Positions 58,512-64,000 of a stretch of DNA of 64,000 bases are shown here, one piece after another. The stretch is from an uncultured archaeon. GTDB taxonomy: Archaea > Asgardarchaeota > Lokiarchaeia > Sigyniarchaeales > SOKP01. The stretch covers positions 160,001 through 224,000 of the forward strand of contig CAZALK010000005.1 of the NCBI GenBank assembly GCA_964486045.1. The letters run 5' to 3'. Numbering within the stretch: position 1 is the first letter of the stretch; each line of letters opens with the position of its first letter. A program made the position numbers and the translations under genes. The notes beneath the pieces were generated by a model that saw only the letters and a program-made list of their open reading frames with translations, was not told the DNA's origin and did not search any database.

Positions 58512-59840
58512 ATGTCTCCTTCCATTCTAACCAAGATTCGTGTTTTAGGGGAAAATTCAAAATATGATATTTGTGCAAGTACCGCTTCCAGTCGTAGCAC
58601 TAAATATCCAAAACTTTTTGGGGATTCAAAAAAATGGATAGGAGCTACAGAAAGTGCCGGGATTTGCCATAGTTATACTCCTGATGGTAGATGCATGAGC
58701 CTTTTCAAAACCCTTTATACAAACAAATGCATTTATAATTGTAAATATTGTTTTTCTCAATCTTGTAAGAAAAAGATGAGCTTCACACCAGAAGAATATG
58801 CTCGTACATTTATGAAGCTTTATACTATGAATACTGTAGAAGGTGTATTCATATCATCTGGAGTTTGTGGGAGTGCCGATAAAACAACAGAGGACATGTT
58901 AGAAGCGATACGACTTTTAAGATTCAAGTATAATTTCCAAGGTTATGTACATTTCAAGTGTTTACCTGGTGTAAGCAAATATCTGCTCAAAGAAGCAATA
59001 ACTTTATCAGATCGTATCTCAATCAATACGGAAGCCTCTACTAAGGATTATCTAGCTGAAATTGCAGATCAAAAAGATTTTAATAATGATATTCTAACTC
59101 GTCAACACTGGTTAAAGCAAATTCGTATTAAACATAATGATGAAACCCTTAAAATATTGAGGGATTTGCAACAAGACGAAAAATTAGACTATCAAGAAAA
59201 AATGATTAAAGATAGAAGAGAAAATGGGTATAAGAAATTTCGATGGGACGGAGCACCAATTCTTAATAGTGGACAAACAACTCAGTTTGTGGTAGGGGCT
59301 GCCGAAAGTGAAACTGATTATGATTTACTTAAAAGGATTGATTGGGGATATCGAGAAATTGATTTAAGGCGTGCTTATTTTTCATCTTTCATTCCGATTG
59401 AAGGTACACCTTTAGCAGGTAAGCAGGCTGCCTCACTAGCAAGAGAGCATCGGTTATATCAAACAGATTGGCTACTGAGGATATATCATTATAAATTGAA
59501 AGATATAGAAGATGTGATTACCGAGGAAGGTAATTTACCACAAGGAGATCCGAAAATTCATTTAGCTAGGCAATATTTTAAAGATCATAGTTTAGTAGAT
59601 CCAAATCAAGCATCCTATCATGAATTATTGCGAGTTCCTGGAATTGGTCCTATTTCAGCGAAGAGGATAATAAACTTACGAGCAAAAAAATTTATTTTTA
59701 AGCATCGTGAGAATTTAAAGAATGTTGGTGTAGTATTAAAACGAGCTGATCCCTTTCTTCAAATAAATGGGCAAAATCAAACAACGCTTCATGATTTTAT
59801 TAATAATGACAATCTAACAATTGAAGGTGAAATCAAATGA
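58512..59840 (+). CDS. Putative DNA modification/repair radical SAM protein with HhH (TIGR03916-like)
   Basis: GICHSYTPDGRC.SLFK, CIYNCKYC, REHRLYQ.DWL, LLRVPGIGP. Confidence 0.88.
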   Translation: MSPSILTKIRVLGENSKYDICASTASSRSTKYPKLFGDSKKWIGATESAGICHSYTPDGRCMSLFKTLYTNKCIYNCKYCFSQSCKKKMSFTPEEYARTFMKLYTMNTVEGVFISSGVCGSADKTTEDMLEAIRLLRFKYNFQGYVHFKCLPGVSKYLLKEAITLSDRISINTEASTKDYLAEIADQKDFNNDILTRQHWLKQIRIKHNDETLKILRDLQQDEKLDYQEKMIKDRRENGYKKFRWDGAPILNSGQTTQFVVGAAESETDYDLLKRIDWGYREIDLRRAYFSSFIPIEGTPLAGKQAASLAREHRLYQTDWLLRIYHYKLKDIEDVITEEGNLPQGDPKIHLARQYFKDHSLVDPNQASYHELLRVPGIGPISAKRIINLRAKKFIFKHRENLKNVGVVLKRADPFLQINGQNQTTLHDFINNDNLTIEGEIK

Positions 59841-60499
59841 CCAGGAGTGGAAATAAGCAAGATCCGTTAGAAGTTGTAGGTTGTGCCAAAGGATATTCAC
59901 ATGAAGAATTAATTAAAAATCTACCACGTCATTGTAAATCAACTCCTGGTCTAATAGAACAGATAAAGAAAATACCTGAAGTAGTTTTTCGCAATTCAGG
60001 TACACTTTTTGCTAAAAAAGTAAATAAAATGATGCGGGAAGTTAATACTGAAACTTATCGTGCGAATCAATTTACACGGACAGAAATAAATAACCATGGT
60101 GTACTATTTGGGGTCGTTTTGCTCAAACATCAGGTTATAGATCTAGTTCTTGATTATTTCCACAAAAGATTTCCAGAATCGATAATATGTCTATACAATG
60201 AACACACGAAAAAAACAACTTCTATGGATGAAAAAAGAAAGATATTGGTTTCTAAATCTTCTTTAAATAAAGTTGTGGAGAAAGTTAGTGAAAATCGTCC
60301 CATTGTTCCCTTTTTTGAAGATATAAACTTCACCAGTGAACAGATCTTTGAAACTCTTTACAAATCACAGTTTATTCCTGAGCGAGAAAACAAAGATTTT
60401 TTTAAAAAAATGATACCAGACAAATGTTTTGAATTACCAGGGATGAAAGGTGGAGTGGAAAAACGTTTTCGAAATAAAGATATTAGTGACTTTCTTTAA
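59837..60499 (+). CDS. DUF4130-like partner protein
   Basis: ATGA-coupled to the radical SAM; EV..E.YR...F.R, HKRFP, Y.SQFIPEREN pattern. Confidence 0.65.
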   Translation: MTRSGNKQDPLEVVGCAKGYSHEELIKNLPRHCKSTPGLIEQIKKIPEVVFRNSGTLFAKKVNKMMREVNTETYRANQFTRTEINNHGVLFGVVLLKHQVIDLVLDYFHKRFPESIICLYNEHTKKTTSMDEKRKILVSKSSLNKVVEKVSENRPIVPFFEDINFTSEQIFETLYKSQFIPERENKDFFKKMIPDKCFELPGMKGGVEKRFRNKDISDFL

Positions 60500-60501
60500 G
60501 G

Positions 60502-61293
60502 TTATATTATCTTAGCAAACAAATCTTTAGCAGTCTTATAGGCGTCGTTCTCGTTATTCAGGAATAGGAGATTTTCACCAATTAAGTTAATTCTACTGAT
60601 TTCTTCACTATTTGATACAAAACCTAAAAGTTTTACATTCTTTTCATTAATATTAGCAACTTCTTTTTTTAATATTTCTCTTACATTTTCTGGAAACCGA
60701 TTTCCCAATATCCAAATATTTTCAAACAATAAATCTACCTCTTTAGTTAATTCTATAATCCGTTTCATCGTGTGAATACCCATTTTGCTAGGATCAGTTA
60801 CAATAACTAAATCTGTGACATTTCGACCGGTTTTTCGGGAAAAGTATTCTAACCCTGCAGGTGCATCTATAAATGTCACATCATAATTTTTGGAGAGAAT
60901 GTCAATTACTCGCTTTAAGGTGTTATTTACACTACAGTAACATCCTTCACCTTCGCTACGCCCCATTTCAAGGATATCGAATTCATCCATTTCGAGCAAG
61001 GCACTGAAAACTTCAGACTCAATAACTTGATCTTTTGAGACATCTAGGGGTATTTGGCGTTTCTGTATTTTATTTTTGAGAACTGTCATTTTTCCGCCAA
61101 TTGTTTCTTTAAAGTTTATTTCTTTTCCAATTATATCTCCTATATTTGCATCGGGATCGGCATCAATTACGAGGATATCGAGTTTTTCATATTTTTCAAG
61201 GAGATACTTTAACATTAAAACCAGGAGAGTAGATTTTCCGACACCACCTTTACCAGAAAATGAAATTATTTTTTTCATGAAGATCCACTTCAT
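60502..61293 (-). CDS. cooC: CooC/AcsF-type Ni-insertion ATPase
   Basis: SGKGGVGKS, DADPD, EGCYC, AGLE. Confidence 0.82.
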   Translation of the reverse strand: MKWIFMKKIISFSGKGGVGKSTLLVLMLKYLLEKYEKLDILVIDADPDANIGDIIGKEINFKETIGGKMTVLKNKIQKRQIPLDVSKDQVIESEVFSALLEMDEFDILEMGRSEGEGCYCSVNNTLKRVIDILSKNYDVTFIDAPAGLEYFSRKTGRNVTDLVIVTDPSKMGIHTMKRIIELTKEVDLLFENIWILGNRFPENVREILKKEVANINEKNVKLLGFVSNSEEISRINLIGENLLFLNNENDAYKTAKDLFAKII

Positions 61294-61512
61294 ATTTGTA
61301 TTTAATCTAATTTATGATAATTGATTTAAAGTTAAAAATTTGCTATAAATATTTTAAAATGGGAAAGTTTATTCTAGTAAGAATTAAAAGCTTCATTCAT
61401 AGAGAAACTAATAAATAATAGAAAAGTAGAGAGAAATTATGATAATAATAGATATTAAGAATAACGAGATGAACAATTGCATATGATTTTTAGTATTAGG
61501 GGTGATTAAAGC

Positions 61513-62181
61513 TTGAAAAATGCAATAAATGATATTAAGGGAATTATCTTTGATTTTGACTATACATTAGCAGATTCTTCAAAAGGTGTTGTAGAGTGTG
61601 TAAATTATGCATTGAAAAAGTTAAAGTTCTCAGAAATCCCCGATGAGGAAATTAAAAGGACTATTGGTCTTACACTTGACCAAACTTTTATAACATTAGC
61701 GGGAAGACAACAATTAGATAAAACCGACCAATTTAAATGTTTTTTCGTTGAAAAGGCAGATGAAATTATGACAGATAATACTAAACTTTTTACAGAAACA
61801 CCCCGCGTCATCAGATTATTACATAATAATGGTATTAAATTAGGGATCGTATCTACGAAATTTCGATATAGAATAACAAAAATTTTAGAGAGGGAAGCTC
61901 TTTTAGATTATTTCGAAGTTGTAATAGGTGGAGAAGATGTTTTGATCCTTAAACCGGATCCAATTGGTTTATTGGAAGTGATAAAAAAATTAAATTTATC
62001 TGTTTCACAAACTATCTACATAGGAGATAGCATAACTGATGCTGAGACTGCACGGAGAGCAGGAATATATTTTATAGCAGTACTTACTGGTGTTACATTG
62101 CGAGACGATTTTGAAAACTATCCAGCTACTCAGTTTCTTAAAGATATCTCTGAAATCCCTAGATTATTAAATATTGTATGA
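61513..62181 (+). CDS. HAD-family phosphatase (phosphoglycolate phosphatase-like)
   Basis: FDFDYTLADS, STK, KPDP, IGDS..D. Confidence 0.88.
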   Translation: MKNAINDIKGIIFDFDYTLADSSKGVVECVNYALKKLKFSEIPDEEIKRTIGLTLDQTFITLAGRQQLDKTDQFKCFFVEKADEIMTDNTKLFTETPRVIRLLHNNGIKLGIVSTKFRYRITKILEREALLDYFEVVIGGEDVLILKPDPIGLLEVIKKLNLSVSQTIYIGDSITDAETARRAGIYFIAVLTGVTLRDDFENYPATQFLKDISEIPRLLNIV

Positions 62182-62270
62182 AAATTTTCACCTAAATGTC
62201 GCTGTTTTAGAGTTGGTAATTAAAAGTATAAAATAGAAATTATAACGTCGGTTTGAGGGTATAAGTTTAA

Positions 62271-63128
62271 TTATCTCCTTTGATTTGGGCGTCTTTGATC
62301 TGATCGCCTTTGATCTGGTCGCCTTTGATCTTGACGATAAACTGGTACAATTTTAGAAGTGAATTCTTCAAGGGAGTAGGGAAATTCCTCCTCGCTCGCA
62401 ATTTTCCCTAATTCGAGCATAATTTGTCTAGCTAAGAACCAAAATGCTAAACCTAAGGCTTTTTTACCACGATTGTTTGCTGGAATTGCGAGATCTATTC
62501 CTGTAAGAGTATCATCAGTGTCAAAAAGGGATGCTACGGGGATTCTTGCTAATTTAGCTTCTTGCAGAATAACTTTATCTGCATGTGGATCGACTATTAC
62601 TACGACACTAGCATCTTTTATATAAGTATCTATAAGTGGGTTGGTTAAGCTCCCAGGAATAAATCTAGTGGTAATTGCTTTACATCCTATAACCTCACAG
62701 AATTTTTTCACTGGTTCTTTTCCGTATCTTCTAACTGAAGTTACAATGACCCTATCGCTTCCTTCCTCTATGTACTTACTCAAGAATTTAGCCGCAATTT
62801 GTAATCTCTCATCAGTTTTGGTCAAGTCAATAACATATAATCCATAATTAGTTTGTCGATATATAAATTTTCGAGCATCTCCGGTCAATAACTTTGTGCC
62901 GATATGTATACCACAACTTAAGTAGAGCTGCTTCCGTTCCTCGTCTTTATCAACTAATATTTCTTGAGTTCCTAATTCTGTTTCAATATCTTCCGTATCT
63001 AATAAATCGAGTTCTTCTTCTAAATCTAAATCTTCTTCGAAATCAATTTCTAAATTTTCCTCAAAGTCTTCAATGGATTCCTCTTTATTTTCACTTTTTT
63101 CACCAGTTTTTTCCTTCTTTTTAGCCAA
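62271..63128 (-). CDS. rps2: 30S ribosomal protein uS2, with acidic N-tail and DQRR repeats
   Basis: GIHIGT, RFIPGSLTNP, DTD, IPANNRG. Confidence 0.95.
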   Translation of the reverse strand: MAKKKEKTGEKSENKEESIEDFEENLEIDFEEDLDLEEELDLLDTEDIETELGTQEILVDKDEERKQLYLSCGIHIGTKLLTGDARKFIYRQTNYGLYVIDLTKTDERLQIAAKFLSKYIEEGSDRVIVTSVRRYGKEPVKKFCEVIGCKAITTRFIPGSLTNPLIDTYIKDASVVVIVDPHADKVILQEAKLARIPVASLFDTDDTLTGIDLAIPANNRGKKALGLAFWFLARQIMLELGKIASEEEFPYSLEEFTSKIVPVYRQDQRRPDQRRSDQRRPNQRR

Positions 63129-63347
63129 AATAATAGCCTTGTTTGTTTTATTCTTTTAAAATTTCTATTAATATTCGAAAGAAATGAATATTTGATTAAA
63201 TAAGACATAGCTTTAATATTTTATTGAGGGTTTCACACTAATTAAAACAGATCTAAAGTATTAATATAGCAAAAATGATTTTAATTATTAATATAATTTA
63301 TCATTCATAATCAATTATAATAAATTGTTTTTATACAGGTTGGCATA

Positions 63348-63836
63348 ATGGCTTCTTACCGATTTATTTTTGGAATACTAGTAGGGATAATTTTAAGTTT
63401 TTTGACCGTGTTTTTTTTCAATATGGAAAGTATCTTTAGTATTATAGAAACTACTGCAACATCTAATTTGTGGAAGGCTGTCGCGTTATTACTTGGAGCA
63501 AACTTTAAATTTGATATTGTAGCTTTTTTTTCTGGATCATTTACTGTGGCAGGGTTTTTTGCAGCTCAACTTCTCGCGTGGCTTTTTATCGGTTATATTA
63601 GTGGAACAATAGCAAAAGGAACACGAAGAGGTCTAATTGCAGGTTTATTAGTCGTTGTTATGGACATATTGTTGTGGGTTATTTTAAACATAGTATCTGG
63701 TGAGGATTTAATGGCATTATTCCAAGGTGTTCAATTATCTGAAACTTTGGGGGGAATAATAAGCGCACTCTTAGGAGCTTTTATAGGAGGCTTATTTGGT
63801 GGATTAATCAGTGGACCTTACGAAGAATTCTACTAG
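63348..63836 (+). CDS. Four-TM membrane protein of unknown function
   Basis: Hydrophobic Gly-rich helices. Confidence 0.7.
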   Translation: MASYRFIFGILVGIILSFLTVFFFNMESIFSIIETTATSNLWKAVALLLGANFKFDIVAFFSGSFTVAGFFAAQLLAWLFIGYISGTIAKGTRRGLIAGLLVVVMDILLWVILNIVSGEDLMALFQGVQLSETLGGIISALLGAFIGGLFGGLISGPYEEFY

Positions 63837-64000
63837 GATTCTCTCATTACTACTCAAATTTTTTACGATATTTATAAATTTTTAGTCAAATTTACCATTT
63901 CTTTAATGATTAGGTTTAATTGATTTATTAATTTCTAATAATAGCTATCACCTATTTGAATTGATCATAAAGATAATGGTTAAAAAAGGAGAAATTTTAC

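Noticed and set aside
1-64000. Short antisense or nested ORFs in the track (e.g. 3251-3562, 22544-22894, 24398-24736, 49656-49964)
   Set aside because: They overlap well-supported genes and carry no motifs; treated as shadow ORFs
1-64000. CRISPR arrays, tRNA/rRNA genes, transposases, integrases
   Set aside because: No regularly spaced repeats, GC-rich structured RNA genes or recombinase motifs were seen by eye; small RNAs could have been missed

Overview
AT-rich archaeal chromosomal segment, most consistent with an Asgard archaeon (Lokiarchaeia-like). This is inferred from the ubiquitin-system operon, ether-lipid genes, F420/methanopterin genes, SCP2 paralogs and archaeal uS2. Content: a glycyl radical enzyme and a distant activase, an EndoQ-like nuclease, a SNF2 ATPase, a Ubl-E1-E2-JAMM-membrane RING operon plus two extra Ubl-domain genes, a pterin/F420 cofactor cluster, an ether-lipid cluster, two orphan DNA methyltransferases, a sulfatase with its maturase, and rps2. 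Main discovery: the PurM-like/AIR-synthase-related gene at 34799-36205, shown as two ORFs in the track, is interrupted by a 30-nt insert (35271-35300) containing an in-frame UGA. The insert folds into a canonical bulge-helix-bulge (11-bp exon stem, 3-nt bulge, 4-bp helix, 3-nt bulge, 9-bp intron stem). Cutting at the canonical tRNA-splicing-endonuclease positions restores GFHVTRA, the motif seen in an intron-less truncated paralog 2.5 kb upstream, so this is a candidate spliced mRNA intron. Also notable: the truncated paralog ends in a palindrome and is followed by 2 kb of phage-like debris, and several conserved genes appear to need ATT/ATA starts. No rRNA, tRNA or CRISPR array was recognised.
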